DNA from: a virus
Lineage: Duplodnaviria > Caudoviricetes
Virus record (IMG/VR): IMGVR_UViG_3300032272_000011
Span: 2,628-66,627 of that record
Length of the DNA: 64,000 bases
Strand: one strand, 5' to 3'
Shown here: positions 44,495 to 54,307 of the stretch, piece by piece
Position numbering within the stretch: position 1 is the stretch's first letter
Layout of the letters: every line of letters starts with the position of its first letter
Program-made: the position numbers and the translations under genes
The notes under the pieces: generated by a model
What the model saw: the letters and a program-made list of their open reading frames with translations, nothing else
What the model was told of the DNA's origin: nothing
Database searches by the model: none

Positions 44495-45876
44495 AGACTG
44501 CCAAGATCGACGTTGACGCCTCGAGGCGCCCCTCGGCCCCAACCCAAACTCTGGGTGTTGGCGGGACAGTCGTCTACGGTGGCTATGTCCACGAGATAGA
44601 GACTGACCAGACCCTGGTCGGCCAAGCTCGGTGGAAGCGCTACAGCAACATCCTCGTCAACACCAGCATCGTCGGCGCCGGGGTGCGGTTCTACCTGAAC
44701 CTCGTTGCCAAGGCGGGCTGGACGTTCGAGCCGGCGGATGAGTCGCCTGAGGCCGAGGAGCTGGCCGAGAAGGTCACCAAGGCGCTCACCGAGAACCTGC
44801 GGGCACCGTGGCACCGGGTGGTGCGTCGGGCGTCCATGTACAAGTTCTGGGGATTTTCGGTCCAAGAGTGGATCGGACGCCGCTCTCCCACTGGAGAGAT
44901 CGACTTCTTCAGCATCGAGCCGCGACCGCAGCCCACCATCGAGAAGTGGGACCTGGACGACAGCGGGTTCGTGAAGGGCATCGTCCAGCAGTCGCCCCAG
45001 GACTTCACGGAGATATACCTTCCGCGCAACCGGCTCCTCTACATGTGCGACGACAGCCTGAGCGACGACCCACGAGGGATCGGCCTGCTCCGGCACTGCG
45101 CCAACCCCGCGAAGGAGCTGGCTCGCTTCGAGCAGCTCGAGGGCTTCGGCTTCGAGGTTGACCTACGGGGCATCCCCGTCGGGCGCGCCCCCTTCTCGCA
45201 GCTCCGAGAGATGCAGGAGAACGGGGAGCTCACCGAGGCCCAGCGCCTCGCGATCGAAAAGCCGCTCACCGACTTCATCACCGCGCACATCAAGAGCCCG
45301 CAGATGGGCCTGCTGCTCGACTCCATGGTGTACCAGGACGACGACGAGGCGCAGCGGCCCTCCGCCACCCCGCAGTGGGACATGAAGCTCCTCCAAGGCG
45401 GCAGCCAGGGACACGAGGCGATCGCTGCGGCAATCGAGCGCAAGAACCGGGAGATTGCCCGGATCATGGGGGTCGAGGGCTTGCTCCTGGGCGATCGCAG
45501 TGCTGGCTCCTTCGCTCTCAGCAAGGACAAGAGCAACAACTTCGCCCTGCTGATCGACAGCGCGCTCACCGAGCTGCGCGCGACGGTGCGCTCCGACCTG
45601 ATCCAGCCGCTGTTCATGATGAACGGGTGGAACCAGGACCTGATGCCGAAGCCCAAGACGGACCCGGCCCAGTACCAGGACATGGACGAAGTCACTGGGG
45701 CGCTCGAGAACATGTCTCGAGCGGGAGCGATCCTTGCCCCCAACGACCCGGTTATCAACGAGGTGCGAGACCTCCTCGGCCTCTCGAAGGCTCCCGAGGT
45801 GGACGTGTCACTCATTCTTCCCGAGGAGCCGACCAATGCCCCAGTTACCGAAACCCCGGATCCAGATGACGGGTGA
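44491..45876 (+). CDS. Portal protein (DUF935-like)
   Basis: Follows TerL; GFSVQEW, RGIGLLR, GSFALSKDK. Confidence 0.8.
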   Translation: MKTAKIDVDASRRPSAPTQTLGVGGTVVYGGYVHEIETDQTLVGQARWKRYSNILVNTSIVGAGVRFYLNLVAKAGWTFEPADESPEAEELAEKVTKALTENLRAPWHRVVRRASMYKFWGFSVQEWIGRRSPTGEIDFFSIEPRPQPTIEKWDLDDSGFVKGIVQQSPQDFTEIYLPRNRLLYMCDDSLSDDPRGIGLLRHCANPAKELARFEQLEGFGFEVDLRGIPVGRAPFSQLREMQENGELTEAQRLAIEKPLTDFITAHIKSPQMGLLLDSMVYQDDDEAQRPSATPQWDMKLLQGGSQGHEAIAAAIERKNREIARIMGVEGLLLGDRSAGSFALSKDKSNNFALLIDSALTELRATVRSDLIQPLFMMNGWNQDLMPKPKTDPAQYQDMDEVTGALENMSRAGAILAPNDPVINEVRDLLGLSKAPEVDVSLILPEEPTNAPVTETPDPDDG

Positions 45877-45915
45877 GGTGAAGAACCCACCGAAGCCCCC
45901 GGCTGAGGAGAAATC

Positions 45916-46338
45916 ATGATCATTGCAAACGACACTGCCATCGCCGCAGCCAACGCGGCCGTGGACCTCATCGACGTCGGCTCCACCAACGCTGCGGGCG
46001 AGGTGCGCATCTACGACGGCACCGTTCCGACGGACGCCGACACGGCGCTCTCCGGCAACACGCTGCTTGCGACCCTGGTCATGTCCAACCCGGCGTTCGG
46101 CGCCGCAGCGGACGCCGCTCCGGGAGCGACCGCCACCGCCTCGGCCATCACGGATGACAGCTCCGCTGACGCCACCGGCACCGCGTCGTTCTTTCGCATC
46201 GTGGACCGCGATGAGGCCACCATCCTCCAGGGCACCGTCGGGACCTCCGGCGCGGACCTGAACCTCAACACGGTCTCCATCGTGACCGCTGCGGTCGTCA
46301 GCATCACGTCCATGACCTACACCCAGCCGGAGAGCTGA
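45916..46338 (+). CDS. Virion structural protein
   Basis: RIYDGTVPTDAD...LLATL, ATGTASFFRI, YuA-like. Confidence 0.65.
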   Translation: MIIANDTAIAAANAAVDLIDVGSTNAAGEVRIYDGTVPTDADTALSGNTLLATLVMSNPAFGAAADAAPGATATASAITDDSSADATGTASFFRIVDRDEATILQGTVGTSGADLNLNTVSIVTAAVVSITSMTYTQPES

Positions 46339-46340
46339 TC

Positions 46341-46706
46341 GTGGAGAAAGCTTACCTGCTCGTCGTGTCGAAGCCGGGGCCCAAACAGGGCTTGGTCATC
46401 GGCATCGCAGACTGGGACCACCGGTTCGGTCCCAGGGATCTGCGGAGCATGGTGGCTCTCCCCATCGAGTGGACTCACGTCCAGATTGAAGCCCAGCGCG
46501 GGCGAGAGAACAGCAGGTTGGACCTCTCGCTTGTGCTGGACGACCACATGCTCGCTCAGTCGAAGGACCAGGGCCGGTTCGTGGTGCCCTCAACGGCCAG
46601 CGTGCTTCGCCGTTCAGGACAGGGTGTCAAGATCAAAGCGCGACAGATCACCTACCAGACGCTGAAGGCGCCGGTGACGTTCAACATGATCCAGCTCGGG
46701 AGCTGA
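46341..46706 (+). CDS. Hypothetical protein
   Basis: Fills gap in structural operon. Confidence 0.5.
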   Translation: MEKAYLLVVSKPGPKQGLVIGIADWDHRFGPRDLRSMVALPIEWTHVQIEAQRGRENSRLDLSLVLDDHMLAQSKDQGRFVVPSTASVLRRSGQGVKIKARQITYQTLKAPVTFNMIQLGS

Positions 46707-46709
46707 CCC

Positions 46710-48356
46710 ATGCCCACGACTGTTGACAACACGATTGGCTCCACCGGCACCTACTCCACCCCGACGGCATGGGAGGTGGACACTGACAACAATCACGTGA
46801 CGGCGGACGAGCACCACCGTGGGTTGCTCCAGTCACAGGCCCACGCGCTCGGCACCACGCGCCTGCAGATCAACGGTTCGACCACCAGCGCGACTCAGTT
46901 CAGGGAGATGGTGCCGGACGACGGCGCGATCTTCGATCCCGAGGCGGAGACCGGCGCACACCTCACCTACAGCGGCACCCTCGGGGCGCTCCACTTCATC
47001 GAAGCCAACTTCCGCTTCGGTGGTGGCATCGGGATCATCATGAGCGGAGGCGCGACGGGTGAGGTGATTCTCACTCAGGTGGCGGACCAAGTGACGGACG
47101 GCGTCACGATCATCAACCGCTGCACCGGCACCCTCACCTACGGCATTGAGGGATCGTTCACCGCTGCGGGATTGGTCGCCCGCAACGTCATATACATCCA
47201 CGACACCACCAGCGCCATGACCGCCGTGTTTACGGATCTGAACGAGGTGTCAAACTGTACGACCCACGCCCAACAGGGGTCGTTCACGCGGATGAGCGAG
47301 GGGAACGCTTCCAAAACCCAGATTGTCAAGAACTGCGCAGCCTTCGGCTCCTCCGGTGACCCGTTCGACGCGAACACCACGGCAACCACGTGCACCAGTG
47401 ACTTCGCCATCGCCGGGGGTGAAGGCACCGGCTCCCTGACCGATACGGACGAGTTCACTGACCCGGCCAACAGCGACTACTCCCTGAAGGACACCGGGTC
47501 CTCGTACCAGAACGGTGCGGACCTCAGCGCGGACTTCCTCCTGGACTACAACCAGGATACCCGCGACACGTGGGACATCGGGGCGCTCGCCCACGCCGAC
47601 TCCATCCCCGCCACGTCCACGAACGGACCGGCGGTCCTCACCGCTGCCGCAGCAACCATGGCGTCCTCGGGCGTCGAGACCATGGAGGGTGCCACCGCTC
47701 CCTCCGCTGGCGCGGCGACCATGACCTCGTCCGGCTCTTCGCTCCTCGGCGCAGTCGGCGCACCAACCCTTGTCGGTGCCGCTGCCACTATGGCTTCGAG
47801 CGGTTCCGCAGCTGCTGAAGGCTCCGCCCCCTTGGAAACCCCCGCCGCACTACTCAACGCCTCTGGCACCCTGGGCTATACCGGGACCTCGGGCCTCACT
47901 GCCCCCGCTGCAACCTTCGCCACCACAGCGGCGTCTGGTACTCCACTGTCCGTGGTCAAGTCCTTTGCTGCTTGGCTGTGCGGCAAGACGGGCCAAGACG
48001 ACTCCATGTACCTCGCGAACAAGCGAACGCTTCAGTACACCGTGGGCTCGCTCGCGGACGAAGCGGTCGTGGAAGACCTCACCCCCTACGGTGACATCAA
48101 GTGGACCCTGTCCCGAATCAGTCCTTCCGGTCAGATCCTCACTGCTTCGCCCGTGGTCGAGAAGAAGCTGTCCGACCTCACCCTCAGCGCCACCTTGGTG
48201 TCCGGCATCGTGAACGTGCCGCTCCTCAACGAGGACACCGAAGCCCTCCAGCCCGGCACGTACCACATGGAGCTGGAGCTGTTCGACGTGTTCGGTGAGG
48301 CGGCAGTGGTGGCAACCGGAACCATGACGTTGGTCGCCAACGTGGAGAATACCTGA
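46710..48356 (+). CDS. Virion structural protein (beta-helix-like N-terminus, Ala/Ser linker, Ig-like C-terminus)
   Basis: 548 aa Thr/Ala/Gly-rich; DFLLDY...WDIGA. Confidence 0.55.
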   Translation: MPTTVDNTIGSTGTYSTPTAWEVDTDNNHVTADEHHRGLLQSQAHALGTTRLQINGSTTSATQFREMVPDDGAIFDPEAETGAHLTYSGTLGALHFIEANFRFGGGIGIIMSGGATGEVILTQVADQVTDGVTIINRCTGTLTYGIEGSFTAAGLVARNVIYIHDTTSAMTAVFTDLNEVSNCTTHAQQGSFTRMSEGNASKTQIVKNCAAFGSSGDPFDANTTATTCTSDFAIAGGEGTGSLTDTDEFTDPANSDYSLKDTGSSYQNGADLSADFLLDYNQDTRDTWDIGALAHADSIPATSTNGPAVLTAAAATMASSGVETMEGATAPSAGAATMTSSGSSLLGAVGAPTLVGAAATMASSGSAAAEGSAPLETPAALLNASGTLGYTGTSGLTAPAATFATTAASGTPLSVVKSFAAWLCGKTGQDDSMYLANKRTLQYTVGSLADEAVVEDLTPYGDIKWTLSRISPSGQILTASPVVEKKLSDLTLSATLVSGIVNVPLLNEDTEALQPGTYHMELELFDVFGEAAVVATGTMTLVANVENT

Positions 48357-48922
48357 TGCCTTCTGCTATCGTGACGACCGAGCCGGGGATCAACAGCTAC
48401 GACACCGTGGCCAACGCGGATACGTACCACGACGACTCCGCGCGTGGGGCCGATTGGGTGTTTGTGGCCCCGGCCGACAAGACCCGTGCGATGCTGTCCG
48501 CGTTCCAGCTCATCGAGCGGCGGCTCTACACCGGCAGCAAGACGGGCGGCGCCTCACAGGAGGCGCAGTTCCCCCGCTCTGGGCTCACCGACATCAACGG
48601 TGACGCGGTTGCTTCGGACGCGGTGCCCCAGGCCGTGATCGACGCGCAGTTCGAGTTCGCCCTGGACATCTCGGCTGACCCCACGATCATCACCAAGAAG
48701 ACCACCGGCTCGACCATCAAGCGGGTGAAGGGTGGTCCTGCGGAGGTGGAGTTCTTCGGGGGCTCCGGCACGAGCAAGGGCACGCGGTTTCCCACCATCG
48801 TGGAGGAGCTGCTCCGTCCCTTCCTCGGCGCTGCGGGCGCTTCGGCCCCGGTGGTCGGCGCACCGGACTGCACCCCGACCTCCAGCTTCGAGAGCACCCC
48901 CGAAGTGAGCCGAGGGTACTGA
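48356..48922 (+). CDS. Head-tail adaptor (DnaT-like family)
   Basis: NSYDTVANADTYH, QEAQFPR, KRVKGGPAEVEF. Confidence 0.7.
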   Translation: MPSAIVTTEPGINSYDTVANADTYHDDSARGADWVFVAPADKTRAMLSAFQLIERRLYTGSKTGGASQEAQFPRSGLTDINGDAVASDAVPQAVIDAQFEFALDISADPTIITKKTTGSTIKRVKGGPAEVEFFGGSGTSKGTRFPTIVEELLRPFLGAAGASAPVVGAPDCTPTSSFESTPEVSRGY

Positions 48923-48923
48923 C

Positions 48924-49298
48924 ATGCCAGATCTGTTCGGAGTAGACATTCAGGGCATCCTGAAAGATGCCATCGGAGACGGTTTCCCTCTGATCACGCT
49001 CCGCAAGGTGAGCACCGGAGACCGCAGCACGGCCAACCCTTCCCAGGGACGGACGATCACGAAGACCCCCTATCAGGCGAGGGGCATCCTTGCCAGCTAC
49101 GCCGACCGTCAAATCGACGGGACCATCGTGAAGACCGGGGACAGAAACGTGCTGATCGTTGCGGGCACCTTGCCCGACAACATCGAACCAAAACCCCAGG
49201 ACGAGATCGTGGCTGAGACCGCGACCTGGAAGGTCATCAACGTCTCCAGAGACCCGGCAGCAGCGACGTATAGCTGCCAAGTCCGGGAAGCCTCGTAA
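48924..49298 (+). CDS. Head closure/joining protein
   Basis: IDGTIVKTGDRNV, WKVINV..DPA. Confidence 0.7.
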   Translation: MPDLFGVDIQGILKDAIGDGFPLITLRKVSTGDRSTANPSQGRTITKTPYQARGILASYADRQIDGTIVKTGDRNVLIVAGTLPDNIEPKPQDEIVAETATWKVINVSRDPAAATYSCQVREAS

Positions 49299-49303
49299 CC
49301 CGC

Positions 49304-50242
49304 GTGACTTTCACCGACCCCGCATCACGGCTCCTTGCGCTCTTGAACCGGTCTGAGACCGAGTTCAAGCAGCGCTTCCTTTCCGCCGTCCTGTTCGCCC
49401 GCAGGGAGCTGCCCATCCGGCTGATCCAGGAGGCGATCGAGAACGGAACGGAGCAGCAGCTGTTTGCGGTTCTCGACCGCATCGGGGCGCGACTGTCTCA
49501 CCAGTTCAACTCCTCGCTGGCCGCTTCGGCGGACGACACAGCCACCCTGCTGCAGCGGCGCCTCGGAGTCCTCCTCGACTTCGACCAGACCGCCGCGCCA
49601 CGCATGGCCCAGAACCGCCAGAGGCTCGTGAGCGGGTTCTCGCAGGTCCAGCGAGACGCTTCCAGGCAGGCATTGATCGAGGGCATCCGGCGCGGAGAGA
49701 GTCCGCGAGCGCTGGCTCGACGCTTCAGGAACAGCATCGGCCTGACCCCCCACCAGGAGGGGGCGGTCCGTAACTTCGAGGACCTGCTGCGCCTGGGGGA
49801 TCGCCGAGCCCTGACCAGGGCCCTCCGAGATCGTCGCTTCGATCCGACCGTTCTGCGGTCTCTCGAGCGAAAATCGCGGTTGACCGTCGATCAAATCAAG
49901 AAAATGACCCAGCGGTATCGAGAGGGTTTCCTCCGCCACCGGGCCGACGTGATCGCCCGCACCGAGGGGCTCCGGAGCGTTCACGAGGGCGTGGAAGACA
50001 TGTACACACAGGTCATCGCGAACGGTGACCTGGATGCTCAGAAGCTCATTCGAACGTGGAATACCACTCGTGACAAGCTGGTTCGTGATTCCCACGATTC
50101 CATGCACGGGCAGGAGCAACCGTTCGGGCAGCCGTTCGTGACGGGGGCCGGGATCCTGATCCGATTCCCCGGAGATAGCGCCGCTCCAGCAGCCGAGACG
50201 CTCCAGTGCCGCTGTGCCCTGGGCACACGACTCATTGCCTGA
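49304..50242 (+). CDS. Head morphogenesis protein (Mu gpF/SPP1 gp7-like)
   Basis: IARTE, VRDSH...HGQ, QCRC. Confidence 0.8.
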   Translation: MTFTDPASRLLALLNRSETEFKQRFLSAVLFARRELPIRLIQEAIENGTEQQLFAVLDRIGARLSHQFNSSLAASADDTATLLQRRLGVLLDFDQTAAPRMAQNRQRLVSGFSQVQRDASRQALIEGIRRGESPRALARRFRNSIGLTPHQEGAVRNFEDLLRLGDRRALTRALRDRRFDPTVLRSLERKSRLTVDQIKKMTQRYREGFLRHRADVIARTEGLRSVHEGVEDMYTQVIANGDLDAQKLIRTWNTTRDKLVRDSHDSMHGQEQPFGQPFVTGAGILIRFPGDSAAPAAETLQCRCALGTRLIA

Positions 50243-50305
50243 GCGGAACTGAAGACGCATAATCGTGATCAACGGAGGAACCGACAAGATGTATGGAGCA
50301 GTGAC

Positions 50306-50704
50306 TTGAGCCAGTTCGTCGCCACGTCCGCCGAAGTCTGCAAGGTCGACGAGGACCTCGGGCTGGTGTTCGGCTTCGCCATCGTCTCGACGATGGACGG
50401 TGAGCCGTACTTTGACGTCCAGGGCGACCACATCCCCGACGACTCCATGCTGAAGGCGTCCACCGACTTCATGCTCCACAGCCGCGAGGCCAAGGAGATG
50501 CACAAGGGCGGCAAGGCCGGGTCGGTCGTGTTCGCGTTCCCGTTGACGGCCGAGGTGGCCAGGAGCCTCGACATCGTCACCAAGAAGACGGGCCTCATCA
50601 TCGCGATGAAGCCCGACGCCGAGATGCTCGCCAAGTTCAAGTCGGGCGAGCTGACCGGCTTCAGCATCGGCGGTGTGCGCGGCGATGATGAGGAGGTTGA
50701 CTGA
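50306..50704 (+). CDS. XkdF-like prohead protease
   Basis: DVQGDHI, KEMH, GELTGFSIGG. Confidence 0.8.
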   Translation: MSQFVATSAEVCKVDEDLGLVFGFAIVSTMDGEPYFDVQGDHIPDDSMLKASTDFMLHSREAKEMHKGGKAGSVVFAFPLTAEVARSLDIVTKKTGLIIAMKPDAEMLAKFKSGELTGFSIGGVRGDDEEVD

Positions 50705-51555
50705 TGGCGACCAAAAAGAAGCGCATCATGCGCTCGTTCAAGATGGAGGAGCTGAGCGGGGTGGATCGCCCCGCACAGGTGCCCGCAACTGTGGTGCTCC
50801 TGAAGCGCGACGAAACGATTGCCGAGGAAAGGACCCCGGCAAAAACGAAGGCCGACGAGCCGTCCGGAGACGACAACATGAAGACTGAGAAGACGACCGA
50901 AGGGCCGGACTTGGCGGCCGACCTCGCCAAGCTCGCGAAGCGGAACGAGGAGCTGACGGAGATCATGAAGATGTCCGCCGAGCACCGCGCCCACTTCGAC
51001 ACCCTCGAAGGCGAGGCGCGCGAGGACTTCCTCACCGCGCCCGTGTCCAAGCGAGACGAGGCGATCGCGCCGGTCGAGCCGGTTGAGGACCCCGTGGTCT
51101 TCAAGAGCGCCGACGGCACCGAGTTCCGCAAGAGCGACGACCCGCGCCTCGTCCAGATGGCCAAGGCCCGCGACGCGGACCGGGCCGAGCTGGCCAAGGA
51201 GCGGAGCGAGCGCCTCAACGCGGTGCTCGCCAAGCGCGCGGACGAGGAGCTGGCGAACCTTCCCGGTGAGTCCCTCGTGAAGTGCGAGGTGCTCCGTGCT
51301 CTCGACAGCATCGTCGACGAGGATCTGCGCAAGGGTGCGTTCGAGCTGTTGAAGGCCGGCAACGATGCCATGGCCACCAACTTCCAGCGCACCGGCACCG
51401 CGCTCAACAAGAACAACGAGGGCGGCAGCCCCGTCGCCGAGTTGGAGAACCTGGCCAAGCGGTACGCTGCGGACCACAAGGTGGGCATGATCCAAGCCCG
51501 CGTTGACGTCCTTGGCACCCCCGAAGGAGAGCGTCTGTACGCGCAGACGATCTGA
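50704..51555 (+). CDS. Scaffolding protein
   Basis: ELSGVDRPAQ start; charged coiled coil; upstream of capsid genes. Confidence 0.65.
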   Translation: MATKKKRIMRSFKMEELSGVDRPAQVPATVVLLKRDETIAEERTPAKTKADEPSGDDNMKTEKTTEGPDLAADLAKLAKRNEELTEIMKMSAEHRAHFDTLEGEAREDFLTAPVSKRDEAIAPVEPVEDPVVFKSADGTEFRKSDDPRLVQMAKARDADRAELAKERSERLNAVLAKRADEELANLPGESLVKCEVLRALDSIVDEDLRKGAFELLKAGNDAMATNFQRTGTALNKNNEGGSPVAELENLAKRYAADHKVGMIQARVDVLGTPEGERLYAQTI

Positions 51556-51612
51556 AACAGCAACCACAGGTTTCGTCCAAGGTAGACGGGGCTGATTGAA
51601 GGAGACAAGTAA

Positions 51613-51984
51613 ATGGCTACCGTGAACGCGCTTCACACCGTCTCGATTGAGGCGGCCGGCGACTTGAGCGCCGAGCAGTACACCTTCGGCGTGGTCGACT
51701 CCGCTGGCCAAGTGGCCCAGCAGACCACCGCCGGAGGGGACGCCGATGGCGTCATCATGAACAAGCCCGAAGCTCAGGGTGATCCGACCGAGTTCGCCAT
51801 TGGCGGAGTCGCGAAGGTCGTTGCCGGTGCCACTGTGGCGGCCGGTGCGAAGGTTCAGTCCGACACGACCGGTCGGGGCATCACCGCAGCGACCGGGGAC
51901 CACGTCCTCGGCAAGGCCCTCACGGGCGGTGACGTGAACGAAGTGATCGAAGTGCTGCTCGTCAGCAAGCACATCCTCGCCTGA
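51613..51984 (+). CDS. Capsid cement/decoration protein (DUF2190-like)
   Basis: Gly/Ala/Val-rich 123 aa directly before MCP. Confidence 0.7.
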   Translation: MATVNALHTVSIEAAGDLSAEQYTFGVVDSAGQVAQQTTAGGDADGVIMNKPEAQGDPTEFAIGGVAKVVAGATVAAGAKVQSDTTGRGITAATGDHVLGKALTGGDVNEVIEVLLVSKHILA

Positions 51985-52012
51985 TTGGCGATCCCCCAGA
52001 GAAAGGAAAACC

Positions 52013-53023
52013 ATGAACGGCGAGATGATTCGAAAGTCGCAGCCCACGCCTGGAGACGTGCATGTCAACACTCCGTTGACCAACATCTCCATCGCGTACA
52101 TGCAAGACCAGTCCGGCTTCATTGCCGACCGCGTCTTCCCCAACATCCCCGTTGGGAAGCAGTCCGATCTGTTCTACCAGTACGATCGGGGCTTCTTCAA
52201 CCGGGACGAGATGAAGAAGCGCGCACCCAACACCGAGAGCGCCGGTGGTGGGTACGAGCTGGACACGGGCAACTACTTCGCGGATGTGTGGGCCTTCCAC
52301 CACGACATCCCCGACCAGCGCCGAGGCAACTCGGACACCCCGCTCGCCCCGGACCGCGAGGCGACCAACCTCGTCTCCCAGAAGGCGATGATCCGGCGGG
52401 AGAAGTTGTTCGTCACCAACTTCTTCACCGCGTCCACCTGGACCCAGGACTTCACCGGCGTGTCGTCCGGCCCGACCGGTGACCAGTTCCTCCAGTGGAA
52501 CGACGCCGCCTCCACCCCCATCGAGGACATCCGTGCGGGCATGACCCGCATGCTCGAGCGAACGGGCATCATGCCCAACAAGCTCGTCCTCGGCTACCAA
52601 GTGCACACCGCGCTCTTGGACCACCCCGACATCATCGACCGCATCAAGTACGGTCAGACCTCCGGCGTTGCCCGCGAGCGTGCGGCCAACGCGGCCCTGG
52701 CCGAGATCCTCGAGCTGGGTGAGGTGCTGGTGTCCCGCGCCATCGAGAACACGGCGGCGGAGGGGGCGACCAACTCCCACTCCTTCATCGCCGGCAAGCA
52801 GGCGCTGCTCACCCACGCGGCCAGCTCTCCTGGCCTCATGACCCCGACCGGCGGGTACACGTTCTCCTGGAACGGGTACCTCGGTGCCGGCAACGCGGGT
52901 CAGCGCATCAAGCGGTTCCGCATGGAGGCGTTGGCCTCCGACCGCGTCGAGATCGAGATGGCGTTCGACCAGAAGCTCGTTGCCGCCGACCTCGGCAGCT
53001 TCTTCGCCACCGCCGTCGCCTGA
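52013..53023 (+). CDS. Major capsid protein
   Basis: VNTPLTNISIAY, IADRVFP, IIDRIKY, PTGGYTFSW. Confidence 0.85.
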   Translation: MNGEMIRKSQPTPGDVHVNTPLTNISIAYMQDQSGFIADRVFPNIPVGKQSDLFYQYDRGFFNRDEMKKRAPNTESAGGGYELDTGNYFADVWAFHHDIPDQRRGNSDTPLAPDREATNLVSQKAMIRREKLFVTNFFTASTWTQDFTGVSSGPTGDQFLQWNDAASTPIEDIRAGMTRMLERTGIMPNKLVLGYQVHTALLDHPDIIDRIKYGQTSGVARERAANAALAEILELGEVLVSRAIENTAAEGATNSHSFIAGKQALLTHAASSPGLMTPTGGYTFSWNGYLGAGNAGQRIKRFRMEALASDRVEIEMAFDQKLVAADLGSFFATAVA

Positions 53024-53038
53024 TCCACACCAACTGGC

Positions 53039-53072
53039 GAGAGAGGGAGGAGCGCCGCTCCTCCCTCTTCTC
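53039..53072 (+). terminator. Hairpin after MCP (attenuator/terminator-like)
   Basis: gagagggaggagcg / cgctcctccctcttc; weak T tract. Confidence 0.45.
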
Positions 53073-53090
53073 GAGCCTTTGGAGCAACCC

Positions 53091-53441
53091 ATGGCCCGTG
53101 TAGCTTTCATCCCCGTCTCGGCCTTCGACGTGGTCCGACCGTTCAAATACGGCGGCAAACAGTACAAGCCCGGGATGATGTTCAAGTGGCGTCAAGTGTC
53201 CTGCGACCTTCGGCGCCTGCAGCAGCTCTACGCCAAGAAGCTGATCAACGTGCCGACTTCGTCCGTGGACGTGGAGCAAGACTCCGCGCCGGATGAAATC
53301 AAGCACCTCGGCGGCGGCTGGTATGAGGTTGCCCTGGGCGAAGAGACCCGCAGGGTCCACGGCCGCGAAGCAGCCCTCGCTCTGACGAATCCCAGCGAGC
53401 TCGTTGAGGACGAAGAAGTCGAAGTCGAAGTCGAGGACTGA
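53091..53441 (+). CDS. Hypothetical head-associated protein
   Basis: GGAG SD; acidic tail. Confidence 0.55.
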   Translation: MARVAFIPVSAFDVVRPFKYGGKQYKPGMMFKWRQVSCDLRRLQQLYAKKLINVPTSSVDVEQDSAPDEIKHLGGGWYEVALGEETRRVHGREAALALTNPSELVEDEEVEVEVED

Positions 53442-53890
53442 TGGCACGACGCAGTCACAGGGGTCAGGCGATCGACATCACCAAGCAGCTTGGAGCCTTC
53501 ACTTCGAAGAGCGCCAAGCTGCTGGCGGTGGAGGTACATGGCAACCTCGTGGCAGCGCCGTCCCAAGGCGGCACCCCGGTCGACACTGGCTTCGCTCGCT
53601 CCAAGTGGATCCCCAAGGTGGGTGCACCAGGGACCGGGGACACCGCTGAAGGTGGCGCAAGCAACAACACCGAGGGTCAGGCCTCGTCCGGCAACGTTTC
53701 TGATGCGGCTGCCCAGGCAGCACTCGCGCGCATCGTGGCGTTCTACAAGATCGAGCAGGGCTCAATCTTCATGACCAACAGCGCACCGTACATCACCCGG
53801 CTGAACGAGGGCTGGTCGAAGCAGGCCGGAGCCGGGTTCGTGCAGCGAGCTATAGCCAAGGGCATCAAGGCGGTGGAGACTCGACTGTGA
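53441..53890 (+). CDS. Neck protein (HK97 gp10-like)
   Basis: TPVDTGFARSKW, NSAPYITRLNEGWSKQA. Confidence 0.8.
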   Translation: MARRSHRGQAIDITKQLGAFTSKSAKLLAVEVHGNLVAAPSQGGTPVDTGFARSKWIPKVGAPGTGDTAEGGASNNTEGQASSGNVSDAAAQAALARIVAFYKIEQGSIFMTNSAPYITRLNEGWSKQAGAGFVQRAIAKGIKAVETRL

Positions 53891-54294
53891 GCCTGCTACC
53901 AGTTGAGGCCATCGACTTCATCTACGCTCGGTGGACCACCTCGTGGGGCACCACGTCGCCCTACACGTTCGACAACGAGTCGTACGACCCGGACGAGAGC
54001 GAGGCATGGGTGCGGCTCGTGGTTCGCCACGCGGACAGCAACTTCGAAACTCTCGGTGGAGTTGGCAACCGTCGAGTCCGGCGCGAGGGTAGCATCGTGA
54101 TGCAGATCTTCACACCCTCCAACGAAGGAGTCTCCGAAGCGCATACCCTGACGAAGGCCGCAGCAGATATATTCGAGGGGGTCTCCTTCAACGGGATCGA
54201 CGTCACCAACGTCGTGACCAGAGAAGTGGGTCCCAGTGACGCATGGTATTTGATCGTGGCCGAAGCATTCTTCGCCTACGAGGAACGAAAGTAG
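53887..54294 (+). CDS. Tail terminator protein (DUF4128-like)
   Basis: FDNE, WVRL, GSIVMQIFTP. Confidence 0.7.
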   Translation: MSLLPVEAIDFIYARWTTSWGTTSPYTFDNESYDPDESEAWVRLVVRHADSNFETLGGVGNRRVRREGSIVMQIFTPSNEGVSEAHTLTKAAADIFEGVSFNGIDVTNVVTREVGPSDAWYLIVAEAFFAYEERK

Positions 54295-54307
54295 AAGGAG
54301 ACAGCCG